DNA of 64,000 bases from Schizosaccharomyces osmophilus (taxonomy: Eukaryota), in NCBI RefSeq assembly GCF_027921745.1, contig NC_079239.1:868001-932000 (forward strand), read 5' to 3'. The translations under genes and the position numbers were made by a program. Within the stretch, counting starts at the first letter, position 1, and each line of letters starts with the position of its first letter. Positions 45,084 through 56,303 of the stretch are shown here, piece after piece. The notes beneath the pieces were generated by a model. That model was not told where the DNA came from. It saw only the letters and a list, made by a program, of their open reading frames with translations, and searched no databases.

Positions 45084-46046
45084 TTAAAAGTTCGTAGCTG
45101 GACGAATAAGTCCCTTCAACCAGTTGTTTTCCATTTCCAACTCACCAATTCGAGATTCCAACGTAACGACTTTATCAGAGAGCTCGTTTGCAGTACGTTC
45201 TAATTGCTGTTCCTTTTGCTTTTTCTTGATACGGAACCTTGCACTAGCAGCCGTATTTCTTCGACGCTTATCCTCTTCTGCAGCATTACGAATGGCTGCA
45301 TCGGAAGAGTCGGTCCTGGGACGCTTATTCATAGGTGCAGAGATAGCAATGGGAGTTGAAGGAACTGAAGCTTGTTCTGTTATGGCATCAAATTGTGAGA
45401 GGTCAGCCAATTGGGCAGAAGCAGAGTTTCGCTTGCCAGTAGAAGTAGAGGCAGCTGGTTCTTCGTTACCAGCAGACGAGGAAGATAAATCCAAAGAAGA
45501 AGAATCACTAGGGCGCTTATAGGCTACAGAAGGATGAGAAGGGACCTTTTGCTGGTTTTGAGGAGCATCAGACTCCAAGAATGCAGTGGGATTAGATAGA
45601 GGAAACAAAGCAGGTGAATTCTTGCCTTGCATTTGCATTACCTTTGAAGCTTTAAACAATTCCAGATTCTCAGTAGTCAAGTAGGGATTTTGATTGTCTT
45701 CTTGAGAAAGTTTAGCGGAAACGTCAGCATTTTCCAAAGGTTCTCTCTTGGGAATAGCTGACGCAGGGACATTAGAGGAAGTCGTAAATTGTGATGACGG
45801 AGCAGCATGTTGAGGTTGGGTTTTATATTTGGGCGGAACCGTTGAAGAGTTGCTATTTACCTTTTGAGGTACAGATCTGTAAAAGTTGTGAGGAAACAAA
45901 TTAACAGGTTCAAAGTCAAAGAAATAAGGATTGCTGAACATGTTCAATTGTTCCGCCAAATCATCGTTGGAGAACTCCTCAACGTGAGGGCTTTCATCCA
46001 ATTCCAAATTTAAATTGTTAATGCATTGGTTCGGAGTGAAATCCAT
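45084..46046 (-). CDS. zip1: bZIP transcription factor Zip1 (sulfur/cadmium response)
   Basis: EEDKRRRNTAASARFRIKKK basic region plus leucine zipper; ATG at 46046. Confidence 0.88.
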   Translation of the reverse strand: MDFTPNQCINNLNLELDESPHVEEFSNDDLAEQLNMFSNPYFFDFEPVNLFPHNFYRSVPQKVNSNSSTVPPKYKTQPQHAAPSSQFTTSSNVPASAIPKREPLENADVSAKLSQEDNQNPYLTTENLELFKASKVMQMQGKNSPALFPLSNPTAFLESDAPQNQQKVPSHPSVAYKRPSDSSSLDLSSSSAGNEEPAASTSTGKRNSASAQLADLSQFDAITEQASVPSTPIAISAPMNKRPRTDSSDAAIRNAAEEDKRRRNTAASARFRIKKKQKEQQLERTANELSDKVVTLESRIGELEMENNWLKGLIRPATNF

Positions 46047-46970
46047 GTTCAATTGCAATATTCACGAAGATCTTTCAAGAAGAGCCTTGTTAAACCTTGA
46101 TCAAATTTCACCGTGGAAAAAACTATATCAACCTTTTTCTAGAAAAATAAACTATATTTCTAAAAGTTATTTAGCGGACTTAGTTGAAAAATGCCTGTTT
46201 CTAGCTATATTCATTTAAGAATGTTGTGCGCTAATAGTCAGTTTTATCGGCGGCTGCCACAAAGCTGATAAGATGGGCTGGTATAACGATGAAAGAAAAG
46301 TTTCCAAAATACACAATAGTACAACCCAATACGTTATACCTTTATATTTGCAAACAAGGCGGCGCAACGAAGTGTGAAATCTTCTTGGGATTTTGACATT
46401 CTATGATATCGTATTGTGTTGAGCTGTGTCGATAATTAGAAAAGAAAAGCAAGAACAGGACGCAAGATCAATGTAGAAACCCTTTTAAATCATTGATACA
46501 AATTGGATGATACTGGATTTTGCTAAAGCCGATGGATCCAGTTCATTCACGTTACTAATAAACTGGCCAAACGCTGCACAACATTTTGCAAAGTATTTTT
46601 AGTAATAATGGGTGAGAAAAGAAAGCTTTTTTCAAATTCAAAACTAATTATATAAGCAACAGTTCTTGCATTGTAAGTTTCCAAGTTTGACCTTTCAGAG
46701 TTATTTGAATGGCTTGATGTATCCCAAACTACTTACTTTTTCAGGCGGTAATTTCTTGGTATTGGAGTTTTCGAAGATACGGGCATTTATTTTTATTTTT
46801 TTAATAAAATTCGAATTAATTGAAGCAAGCCTTTAACCATACGTGGAAACAACATTTCATTGCAAGGCCTTGTGACTCTGCATACAATTTCATACAAGTG
46901 CTTTACTTTTTTCGGCTATTTTTTTTTTCTGTACTCGTATTGTTGTATTAAACTGTTTCTATCGGGAAGG

Positions 46971-47771
46971 ATGAACTATTCCAAATTGCAAACGCTGCAA
47001 CATATCTGCAAAGTCAGTGGTTTATCCAGAAAAGGCCGAAAAGCAGATTTGTTTCAGCGAATTCTGTCTGCCCCAGTCTATCCTACAAATAACGTTCTAT
47101 CGATTGATATAGGGATTAAAAACTTTGCATACTGTCTTGCTAGTCGTACGGAAGATGCTAAGGTTAATATCCATGAATGGGCTCATGAAGACTTGACGTC
47201 CCCGACAAATGGTTTGGGTATCCAATGGATCGAAGACTATCATCCTCAATATTTGGCAAGACTTGCGTTGCAAATCTATACCACGTTAACCTCCCGTTTT
47301 CATCCCAGCATAATTCTTTTGGAACACCAGCGCTATCGGTCAGGAGCCAAAACCATTCCTGAATGGACTTTGCGAGTCAATGTAATTGAATATATGCTGC
47401 ACTGTTTGCATATAAACAGTCAAGTCCATGCGTCGCCGGAATCAAATCCTAGTCCCTCTAGCTTACTTTCCCTTGCACCACAATCCGTGTACTCTTACGT
47501 TTCTGCCTTGTCTGACTTTGTTAAATTGAACAGTAATACCAAGACAAAACTAACACGCGTCAGACTATTAAACGATATGCTGAAGCTTGGAAAGGTATCT
47601 GTTGTAAATGATGATGCGCTAAAAACATTTGAATTACCAGTTAAATTTTCAAGCAAAAAAGATGACATGACGGATGCTGCTATGATGGCAATTACATGGA
47701 TTGAATGGCAACATAAACTAAGACAATATCAAGATGAACTTCGTAGCTATGTCGAACTAAATTCGCAATAA
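46971..47771 (+). CDS. cce1: Mitochondrial Holliday-junction resolvase Cce1/Ydc2
   Basis: SAP-like LQHICKVSGLSRKGRK, VLSIDIGIKNFAY, LEHQRYRSG, KKDDMTD catalytic motifs; first ATG at 46971. Confidence 0.92.
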   Translation: MNYSKLQTLQHICKVSGLSRKGRKADLFQRILSAPVYPTNNVLSIDIGIKNFAYCLASRTEDAKVNIHEWAHEDLTSPTNGLGIQWIEDYHPQYLARLALQIYTTLTSRFHPSIILLEHQRYRSGAKTIPEWTLRVNVIEYMLHCLHINSQVHASPESNPSPSSLLSLAPQSVYSYVSALSDFVKLNSNTKTKLTRVRLLNDMLKLGKVSVVNDDALKTFELPVKFSSKKDDMTDAAMMAITWIEWQHKLRQYQDELRSYVELNSQ

Positions 47772-48343
47772 AGGTTACTATAATAGCGCAGCTTGGATTA
47801 GGAAAAGTTAAGGAGTGTGATTTGTATAAATAAAAATATTAAGGTTTTCAAATGAAGGCTGTTAACTTGAACGGCAAACTTTTCTTGAATGGAGATCATT
47901 TGCATTAAGGACAAAACTGTCCTATCTATCTTGAAAACTCGATTTCTTGTAACGAGCAAAGAAAGGAATCATGCTCTGTTTTGGTCAATAGAATCATAAA
48001 ACATAAACGTGCGTCATAAGCGAAATAAATAAAGCTTTGCTGTTGCAAAAGAATGCGAACTTGACATTACAGAAACGTTTGTGGGCATCTTTATTTGCAG
48101 TTGCGAAACAACTATAGTAGGTTCATAAGCAAATATTTATGTTCGTTAAGGAATAAAACAAAGGTCATAACAACGTAAGAAGGAATCTTTGTGATAAGAC
48201 GGAAGTACCATAAATTAAGTATTTGAGATTTTGAACGAAACATGATTATAATAAAACAATGTATGGAGCCATAAATAGCAAAGTTGAAGACAACCAAAGA
48301 AGCCAATGATGTCGTTCTTGAAAGATGGTGTGAGTTCTGTTTC

Positions 48344-49306
48344 TTATATAGTATTTTGCTCCATTGGGCGTCGTTCTTCAGAAAAAGACACTTGTGGGGC
48401 GGAAGTTGAAAATGATCTTTCTTGCTGCAATCGATCGTTGTTGTAGGAACGAGAGGATTGGTCCTGTCCATCCCGAGGGTACTCATGTTTGCGGCGACGA
48501 TCACCGTAGGGACGGAATTTGTAATCATTTTTATATCTTCTAGGACGCTCTGATTCTAGAAAGCGGCTCCTGTTATCATCGTAGTCTCTATTACTGCTCG
48601 GACGATAGTAATTTGGGGATCCGCGACCGTCACGGTTAGGACGGTAGCGAGAAGGCATTCGATTATTTCCATTGTATGGATGACTTCCCATTCTTTCATG
48701 CATCATCCCTTTTCTCGTTGATCCCATGTATTTTCCAGGAGTAGGAGAACGAGGGCGGGACCGTCTGGCCTTTTGTACATTTAAAACGCGACCAAAGAAT
48801 TCTTTTGTGTTCAACCCTTGGATAGCGGCATCTGCTTCTTCCACCGTGGATAAAGAAACGAAACCAAATCCTCTAGGTTCTTTGGTGGCAGGGTCTTTTA
48901 AGATGTTGGCTCGCATAATGGTACCATATTTGCTGAACATTTCAATCAAATCTTCATCCTGAATTCGAGGAGCAATTCCGGTGACAAACAGGTTCGTCCC
49001 GGAATTCTCAGATTCGCTAGACTCTCTCTGGGCCGTGTCATAATTTCGAGTTTTAGGCACCTTAGGATCTGCACTCCACCGACTGTCATCAAGGGACTCT
49101 TCGTGGAAAGGTATACTTTCTTCGGCAAATACACTCCTTGTGTAATCTTTGTTTTCTTTCTCTACACGTGGATCATCATGGGTATCGTCAACGTTCGTGT
49201 TACGTGCTACAGGACGCGATTTATTCAAATCAGAGACAACAGCTTTAGATTGATTGACAATGGCTTGGTCAAAATCTGAGTAATGCTCAACTGTTGTGTC
49301 AGCCAT
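48344..49306 (-). CDS. RRM RNA-binding protein (Tra2-like, R/S/Y-rich tail)
   Basis: NLFVTGI (RNP2), RGFGFV (RNP1), RPRSPTPGKYMG; ATG at 49306. Confidence 0.85.
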   Translation of the reverse strand: MADTTVEHYSDFDQAIVNQSKAVVSDLNKSRPVARNTNVDDTHDDPRVEKENKDYTRSVFAEESIPFHEESLDDSRWSADPKVPKTRNYDTAQRESSESENSGTNLFVTGIAPRIQDEDLIEMFSKYGTIMRANILKDPATKEPRGFGFVSLSTVEEADAAIQGLNTKEFFGRVLNVQKARRSRPRSPTPGKYMGSTRKGMMHERMGSHPYNGNNRMPSRYRPNRDGRGSPNYYRPSSNRDYDDNRSRFLESERPRRYKNDYKFRPYGDRRRKHEYPRDGQDQSSRSYNNDRLQQERSFSTSAPQVSFSEERRPMEQNTI

Positions 49307-49571
49307 ACTAAATTTCAAGAAAGTGAGAATCCGAAAATGATTGCAAAAGAAGAACGCTCGAATTATATGGATAAAGGTGCGAGAATCTTTATAAATATGT
49401 TCCAATGTTACGAAATTCAATGCTAGGCGTCGTTCCTTTCAATCTTTCTGAAAACGATAATTAGAAGAAGTTGGTATTTGTACCATGAATTAGCCCTTGG
49501 AGAATACACGTAGTATCGGATCCAGTTTCGTTTAGTGATAGGTAACGGATTCGCTTAAGTCATCTTATAAG

Positions 49572-49582
49572 GTAAACAAACA
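49572..49582 (+). promoter_or_regulatory. FLEX forkhead element (GTAAACAAACA)
   Basis: Extended Mei4/Fkh consensus in the divergent RRM-gene/msy2 promoter. Confidence 0.45.
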
Positions 49583-49676
49583 AATGAGGATTGAGATATT
49601 AGGTATTATTTACCCATAAAATTAAATCTAAAGTTCGTCCCTTGTTCCAAGCCTTTTTTAATGTATGAAATCTCAT

Positions 49677-49678
<2 letters not shown>

Positions 49679-49709
<31 letters not shown>
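49679..49709. repeat. Poly(dT) tract, 31 nt
   Basis: Seen directly. Confidence 0.9.
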
Positions 49710-49713
<4 letters not shown>

Positions 49714-50686
49714 GCAATACATTCGAGATGATGGGTAGAGAAAAAGGACGAAGTGTACTAAGGACATTTTGCAGCTGATCATGGTTTAGGAGAATGAACA
49801 GGTTTTCTCTTCCAATCAGTTTCTTGAAGCTCTTAGTTACAACACAAGCTTTTGTCTCTAATTCATTCAATGCTTCCTTTCCTTTCTCAAATCTTTATCT
49901 TTCCGCTATTAGGGAATTAGGGGAAGCAACCATGAGGAGATGAGAATTTTTGAAAGTTTATGACTTTACTTAGTTTGCGTATAGAACAATCTATACAGCC
50001 GTCCGAAGGTCCATTGATTTCAATGGAATGGTTCCACCTTTGACAGCTCTCTGGAATGTTTATTTCCTATGAACTAATTGCTGCATATAAAAATCATTCT
50101 AAATCCTTTATTATTTCGCTTCTATTTCTATTTCTATTGATCTTTTTATTTTATTTTATTTTTCTTTCTTCAAACTCCTTTTGTTTACTTTTTGCTACCC
50201 ACAAATAACATCACGCATGTCATAAACACAGACAAGAAAATGCGATTGCAAAAATTCAGTATTCTCCAACAAATACAAAAAAAAGTTATACACAAAAGAA
50301 GGTGACTATTTATGAACCTGTGACTTGTTTATATGAACTAAATTTTTTTTTTTTTTTTGGTAATTCCCAATTCCTTCGTTTTGCTTGCATCTCAGGTCTT
50401 TCCACGAAAATATCGATTCTTTTTCACGAATTAACGGTTACCCACAGGATTGCTTATTTCTGGACATACAAGAGTAATTGGATGATTTAATATTTATCAT
50501 ATGGCTTATTCTATACTTTTATCTTTGTTTTTTGCGTAAACTTTGCTTTTCTCCCTTTTTTGGCGCATTCTCGCTCATATTGATTTTTTCTATTTTTACA
50601 AGAGAATTAGTCTTGTTTTTCTTTTCTTCTCTTCCCTTTTCTTTGATTTTGGTTTTGATTTTTGGAGTCTGACATTCTTGTTGAAA

Positions 50687-53122
50687 ATGTTGATGGCAGA
50701 TGACCAAGAAAAGTACTTTCGCAATGGCTTACGAAACTTAAACGTTTTTGATAATACAGAAACTATAATACAAGATATAGATGACACCTATAAAAGTGAC
50801 GATGCTTTGAAAAAGCGAGAGTCCAGGTTCAAGGGAGTCTACTATATCACAAATTTATATAAATGGTTCATGAACCTCTCTTTCATTACTCGTTGGCTTG
50901 CTTTGTGGTTTCCTTTAGCTTGTTTATTGGTGGTCCCTTTGGCTGTAGGTGTATCACCAAAATACCGCTATGCGAAACTTGGTACTGTCCGTATTTTTTG
51001 GATTTTTCTTTGGTTTGAGATTGCTTGGGGTAGCTTTTGGGTCTCTCGCTTAGTCGCAAGTATTCTTCCCTATTCTTTATACCCTATTGTTGGGATTTTC
51101 CCCTTCACAGCTTATAAGCTTTCCGTCATCGTCTCTGCCATTGAATTGCCCTTGGCTTTCCTTTTCACTTGTATAATATGTATTTGCACATTCCCACCTA
51201 TTATGATAAAAAATTCCGCTCCTGTATCTAACAATTTGGGCAATGCCACGCTGACTCCTGCTGCATCTGGCACCGCTAATGTCAACCCCAATGTAAATCT
51301 AGCCAATTCGTTTTCCACTGCCTCGGACGTCCAGTCTTGGATAAAAGTCTGTACGAAAATAATCGGTGCTTTTGTGATTCTCAGTATTGTTCTTCTTTTA
51401 GAAAAGACAATCCTACACTTTATTGGCTTCCATTACCATGAAGTGCAATATCAATTCCGTATTGCTGATAATAAAAAGCATCTTTCCATGCTGACCAAGC
51501 TTTTTATAGCATCTATGAAAGCTCCATATAGAGATTCACCATCTGTTTTGCAACAGGATTATATCCTTCACTTACGTACCTCTGATCCTTTGGCTAAGGA
51601 TAATGCTCCTCGTCATATTCGACAGGTTAAGCGCCTGAAAAGGAACGCCAAGAAAGCATTCAACAAAACAAGATTAGTAGTCGGTTCCGTCTTTAATAAT
51701 ATTGCTGGTTACTCGCATAAACCATTTACCGCTGAAGAAGAGTTTATTATCGAAATGCTTCGGTCTCGAAAAAGATGTCTTGCTATTGCTAGAAGAATTT
51801 GGTACGCCATCGTTCCTACCGGAGAAGATTCTTTTAAAAAAGAAGATCTTTCTGGTCTTATTCGTGATCAAGATGACATTAGCTTTATATTTGAGATTCT
51901 AGACAGAGATTACAGTCGTAGTATCAGCTTGGAAGAATTAGAGCAGTTTAGTAGAGAAGTCGCCGATGAATTCTTTTCTATTCGAATTTCCTTAAGAGAT
52001 GTCGATGTGGCTTTATCCAAGTTGGATTGTGTTGGACTTGCAGCTGTTGGTGTCATTGGGGTCCTTATTTTTATTTCCTTTTTGGATACATCCTTTGCAA
52101 CCATTCTAGCGGCATATGGAACAACTCTCCTGAGTTTATCCTTCATTTTTGCAGCCACCGCCCAGGAACTAATGTCTTCCATCGTTTTCTTATTCAGTAA
52201 ACACCCTTTTGACATTTCAGACGTGGTTGTCATTAATGGGACAAAGTACGAAGTGGTAACCTTGTCTTTACTATGCACAGTTTTTCGCACCATGAGTGGT
52301 TCAACTGTACAAGCCCCCAATTCTCTACTTAACACTTTGTTTATTGAGAATTTGCGGCGCAGTTTGCCTCAAAGTGAGTCCGTAACATTGACAGCTCCTT
52401 TTGCTACGGACTTTAAGCAATTGGAACGTCTGCGGGACCTTTTACTCGAGTTTGTTAAGGAGAATGATCGCGATTTTCGACCTCTTTTGGATTTGTCGGT
52501 TCTAGATTTTTCAGCATTGGATTCACTCAAATTCACAGTAACTTTTTACTACAAATCAAATTGGCAGAATACTGCTTTACAAGCTATACGTCGAAATAAA
52601 TTTATGTGCGGTCTTATCAATGCTGTCCGGGATGTGAATTTGCCAGCTGTGAGTGACCCAGTCCGTGGTTCTCCCGATAACCCTTTTGTTATTGAGCGAC
52701 TTTCAAAGGAACTTCCACAGCCTCTTAGGGACCATAATGTGAGGCCTTCATTCACCGACGTTTCCTCTGCCGCTAGCTCTCCATCATTTCAAAATACACC
52801 CAACTATCCTGTCATCCAAGCAGACAAACAAGAAGGTGAACCATCAAGGGGTGAAAGCCCAGGAATGAAACCAGATGTAAAGTCTATAAAGTCTGCTAAT
52901 TCAAACACCAACGCAGCTCCGGTGAAATACATCCGTCAGACGCTAGCCACTTGGGAAGTTCCTGAGCTTATGAATTCTTTGGATGCCTTAGATAGGAGCC
53001 ACGAGGTCTCTGAAGGAATTCAAAAAGCACAGGATGTCGAAACATTTACTACTAACGAACAGGCTGAAGAGCAGGAGGAAGCTTTATCGTCTAATGAGCA
53101 TAACAACTCTTTTGAGCAGTAA
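50687..53122 (+). CDS. msy2: MscS-like mechanosensitive ion channel
   Basis: Multiple TM helices, EF-hand-like LDRDYSRSISLEE, FLFSKHPFDISD, APNSLL, IENLRRS. Start is at 50687 or 50693. Confidence 0.88.
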   Translation: MLMADDQEKYFRNGLRNLNVFDNTETIIQDIDDTYKSDDALKKRESRFKGVYYITNLYKWFMNLSFITRWLALWFPLACLLVVPLAVGVSPKYRYAKLGTVRIFWIFLWFEIAWGSFWVSRLVASILPYSLYPIVGIFPFTAYKLSVIVSAIELPLAFLFTCIICICTFPPIMIKNSAPVSNNLGNATLTPAASGTANVNPNVNLANSFSTASDVQSWIKVCTKIIGAFVILSIVLLLEKTILHFIGFHYHEVQYQFRIADNKKHLSMLTKLFIASMKAPYRDSPSVLQQDYILHLRTSDPLAKDNAPRHIRQVKRLKRNAKKAFNKTRLVVGSVFNNIAGYSHKPFTAEEEFIIEMLRSRKRCLAIARRIWYAIVPTGEDSFKKEDLSGLIRDQDDISFIFEILDRDYSRSISLEELEQFSREVADEFFSIRISLRDVDVALSKLDCVGLAAVGVIGVLIFISFLDTSFATILAAYGTTLLSLSFIFAATAQELMSSIVFLFSKHPFDISDVVVINGTKYEVVTLSLLCTVFRTMSGSTVQAPNSLLNTLFIENLRRSLPQSESVTLTAPFATDFKQLERLRDLLLEFVKENDRDFRPLLDLSVLDFSALDSLKFTVTFYYKSNWQNTALQAIRRNKFMCGLINAVRDVNLPAVSDPVRGSPDNPFVIERLSKELPQPLRDHNVRPSFTDVSSAASSPSFQNTPNYPVIQADKQEGEPSRGESPGMKPDVKSIKSANSNTNAAPVKYIRQTLATWEVPELMNSLDALDRSHEVSEGIQKAQDVETFTTNEQAEEQEEALSSNEHNNSFEQ

Positions 53123-53471
53123 TTATCTGCTACGATTCCTTTTAAAGACCTCGATATTTATTTACCTTTGCGACATGAATAAAATAATGGACCCCATTTC
53201 TTAGAAAAATCTCTCAATGCTCAAAGTAGACAGTTATATTCACAATTAATTTTAAGCAATGTAATAGATTTACATTTTAAGAAGTCGAACTAGAAATAAG
53301 TCATGACTTCCCATCGTCTTTTTCCTGATTGATTTTTATCAGATATAATTAAACTCGTACTGTTGTTTATTTAATAACTGCAACGTACCCCTACGGTCAA
53401 ACCACATATCACTAGGGCTCGTTATTAGTATTTTTTCAATATACGGACCTACACGCTATGTTTTAAAAAAA

Positions 53472-53479
53472 CAGTCACA
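53472..53479 (+). promoter_or_regulatory. HomolD box (CAGTCACA)
   Basis: Exact match about 60 bp upstream of the rps8 ATG. Confidence 0.85.
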
Positions 53480-53536
53480 TAATTCATCCGACACAAACTT
53501 TTCGACTGGGATTTCTATCATCACCAAATTACCAAC

Positions 53537-54139
53537 ATGGGTATTACCAGAGACTCACGCCACAAGCGCTCTGCTTCCGGTGCCAAGCGTGCTCAATACC
53601 GCAAGAAAAGAAAATTTGAGTTGGGCCGTCAAGCCGCCAACACTCGTATCGGTGCCAAGCGTATCCATGAAGTTCGTGTCCGTGGTGGTAATCAGAAGTT
53701 CCGTGCTCTTCGTTTAGAATCTGGTAACTTCTCCTGGGGCTCTGAGGGTGTTGCTAAGAAGACTCGTGTTATCCAAGTCGCCTACCACCCTTCCAACAAC
53801 GAGTTGGTCCGTACTAACACTTTGACCAAGTCTGCCGTTGTCCAAGTTGATGCTGCTCCTTTCCGTGTTTGGTATGAAACTCACTACGGCATCTTGATGG
53901 GTGGTAAGGGTAAGAAGGCTACTCCTACTGCTACCCCCAAGTCTAAGCACGTCCAACGCAAGCTCGGTGCTCGTGTTGGTAGCTCCAAGGTTGACCCTGC
54001 TATGGAATCTCAATTTGCTGCTGGCCGTTTGTACGCTTGTGTTTCTTCTCGCCCTGGTCAATCTGGCCGTTGCGATGGTTACATCCTTGAGGGTGATGAA
54101 TTGCACTTCTACCTTCGTCGTATGGCCCCTAAAAAGTAA
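53537..54139 (+). CDS. rps8: 40S ribosomal protein S8 (eS8)
   Basis: [27 protein letters not shown]; strongly biased codon usage. Confidence 0.98.
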   Translation: MGITRDSRHKRSASGAKRAQYRKKRKFELGRQAANTRIGAKRIHEVRVRGGNQKFRALRLESGNFSWGSEGVAKKTRVIQVAYHPSNNELVRTNTLTKSAVVQVDAAPFRVWYETHYGILMGGKGKKATPTATPKSKHVQRKLGARVGSSKVDPAMESQFAAGRLYACVSSRPGQSGRCDGYILEGDELHFYLRRMAPKK

Positions 54140-54540
54140 AAAAATGCTATTCTAGCCATCTTAATGCAAAACATGTGCCCACAGGAAATTGAACTTCAAA
54201 GTGACAGTAATTGAGCATTAGAAGCTTTGTAAAGTAAATTGTAGTAAGGTATTCATTGGCATTGAAATTACCCGTTTAGTATTGCTCAAAGGGTAATTAG
54301 TAAGGAATTTGTCCTTATTGAGGTTGTTGGATTTTATTGTAGTCGAAAATGTAATAAAAATTAATTTAGCGTTATGAAGAGCTTAATATTCTTCATTTTA
54401 CAAGTAAAAAATCGCATTTGTATGTAAATGATGTTTCCTTTAGTTTTGTTTTGTAATGTTGTATGTGCGAAATGTTTCTCAGATATACTGGATTTGTCCT
54501 CCACCACACACCACATTCACTACTTCTATAAGCTCTTACT

Positions 54541-55836
54541 ATGGAAGAAGACGCCAGTAATTTGGTAGCTACGTTTTGTTCTATAACAAACTCAACTCCA
54601 GAAAAAGCCCAGGAATACCTTGGAGTTGCTGATGGAGACTTGTCCACAGCGGTAACACTTTTCTTTGAAAGTGGAGGCGTAACTGGTGAATATGGTAGCG
54701 GGAGCTCCAACACTGCTCAGTCTGCTCCGCCTGAACAGACTGAAGAAGTCCGTGCTCCCATTGCTCCTACGAGAGAGGTACTAGTCGATCCAATGGCAGA
54801 TGCTACATCAGGGCTAGGATTTGTAGGTAATGATTTCGGATTAGGATCAGGTTTACCTAGAATGAACCGTAGACAAAGAAGAAGGGTTGGCATTTTTGAT
54901 CAATCTCCTTCAGAGATGCCTGTCGCATCGTCTGTTGATACTTCTTCAGAAGAATCAGAGAGCAATAGTCGTGCTTCTCGCCTTGCAAAACTTTTCCGTC
55001 CTCCTTACGACATAATATCCCATCTTACATTAGATGAAGCTAAAATGAAAGCCACCTACGAAAAACGATGGATTCTTATCAATTTGCAAACTTCCTCTTC
55101 TTTTGAATGCCAAGTCTTAAACCGTGATTTATGGAAGAGTGAATCTGTAAAAGAAGTTATTCGTGCACATTTTCTATTTTTACAATTGTTGGATGACGAG
55201 GAACCGGGTATGGAATTCAAGCGTTTTTACCCTGTGTCATCCACACCCCACGTTGCCATCTTAGATCCTCGCACCGGTGAACGTGTTAAACAATGGAATA
55301 GCGGAATTACCGCTACTGACTTTGTAATTGAATTGAATGACTTTTTGGAACGCTGTACCTTGGATGAAACCAAAGGCAGGAAGAATCCTCTCGGTCCCAG
55401 ATCGCAAAAACCAGCTGAAGCAATGACCGAGGAAGAACAAATGTCAAAAGCTATTGCTGCTTCTTTGGGTGCTGACCGAGGAAAAGATGAAGGTACTGGT
55501 GAATCATCTCAGCCTATTCAAGCCGATGAGGAAGAAGCGCAGGACAACACGATTCATAAAATTAACTCAGAAGAAGGAAAGGATGAAGAGCCTAGTCCTG
55601 GAACCGGTGTCACTAGAGTCCAAATCCGCTTGCCAACCGGAGCTCGTTTTATCCGAAGATTTTATGAGACTGATCTTGTTCGCAGGGTTTATGCATACGT
55701 CAAAGGAAATGCAGAAGGAGCTGAGTCTCAACCATTTTCTTTGACCTTTCAGCGTACAAGCTTATGGAATTCCTTGGATAAAACCATCAAAGAAGCAGGT
55801 ATACAAAACGCGGCGCTTCAGTTTGAATTCCAGTAA
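54541..55836 (+). CDS. ubx2: UBA-UAS-UIM-UBX Cdc48 cofactor
   Basis: UBA-like N-terminus, LFRPP, LNRDLW, ILDPRTGE, EEQMSKAIAASL (UIM), C-terminal UBX. Confidence 0.88.
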   Translation: MEEDASNLVATFCSITNSTPEKAQEYLGVADGDLSTAVTLFFESGGVTGEYGSGSSNTAQSAPPEQTEEVRAPIAPTREVLVDPMADATSGLGFVGNDFGLGSGLPRMNRRQRRRVGIFDQSPSEMPVASSVDTSSEESESNSRASRLAKLFRPPYDIISHLTLDEAKMKATYEKRWILINLQTSSSFECQVLNRDLWKSESVKEVIRAHFLFLQLLDDEEPGMEFKRFYPVSSTPHVAILDPRTGERVKQWNSGITATDFVIELNDFLERCTLDETKGRKNPLGPRSQKPAEAMTEEEQMSKAIAASLGADRGKDEGTGESSQPIQADEEEAQDNTIHKINSEEGKDEEPSPGTGVTRVQIRLPTGARFIRRFYETDLVRRVYAYVKGNAEGAESQPFSLTFQRTSLWNSLDKTIKEAGIQNAALQFEFQ

Positions 55837-56303
55837 ATCGATGTAAAAAAACCCCTATAAAAGATTGTGTTGTACTGTAGATAGGATCTTATTCCCTTTA
55901 ATGTCACCCTCTCGAGTTTATTTTTATGGACATGTCAATATTTATTGTCTAGGATTACGCCATCTACGGAATGGTGAAGTGGGACAATGACTGTTTAATG
56001 AATTTATGAAGTTTATTATTTTATTATTTTTGACGAAGTGAGTAAGCTTCAGCATCATGTAGATAGTCTTAATAGAAGTATGGGTCAATTCCCTTCATGA
56101 ATTATTGGAAGGGTGTAAGCGTATAATTCCATGTACATATACAATATCGCTTTTTTTCAATTAACTTTCGGCATATTGTAATTGAATGTACCATTCTTTG
56201 CTTCCTCAGTAAAAGTTTTGCTTAGAAAAAACCAACTACTTTTCCACAAAAATCCAAACACGACTTAATTCATCTGCTTCCATCGGAATGAATTACGGAA
56301 GCC

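Noticed and set aside
46860..46970. N-terminal extensions from non-ATG starts in the ORF track (also pdt1, pdp3, zip1, RRM gene, msy2, tpt1, pno1)
   Set aside because: The ORF caller used TTG/GTG starts; the first in-frame ATG fits the family N-termini, and the extensions look like UTR sequence.
49679..49900. Poly(A) tail of a retroposed element on the minus strand
   Set aside because: No target-site duplication or recognisable element/mRNA body adjacent to the tract.
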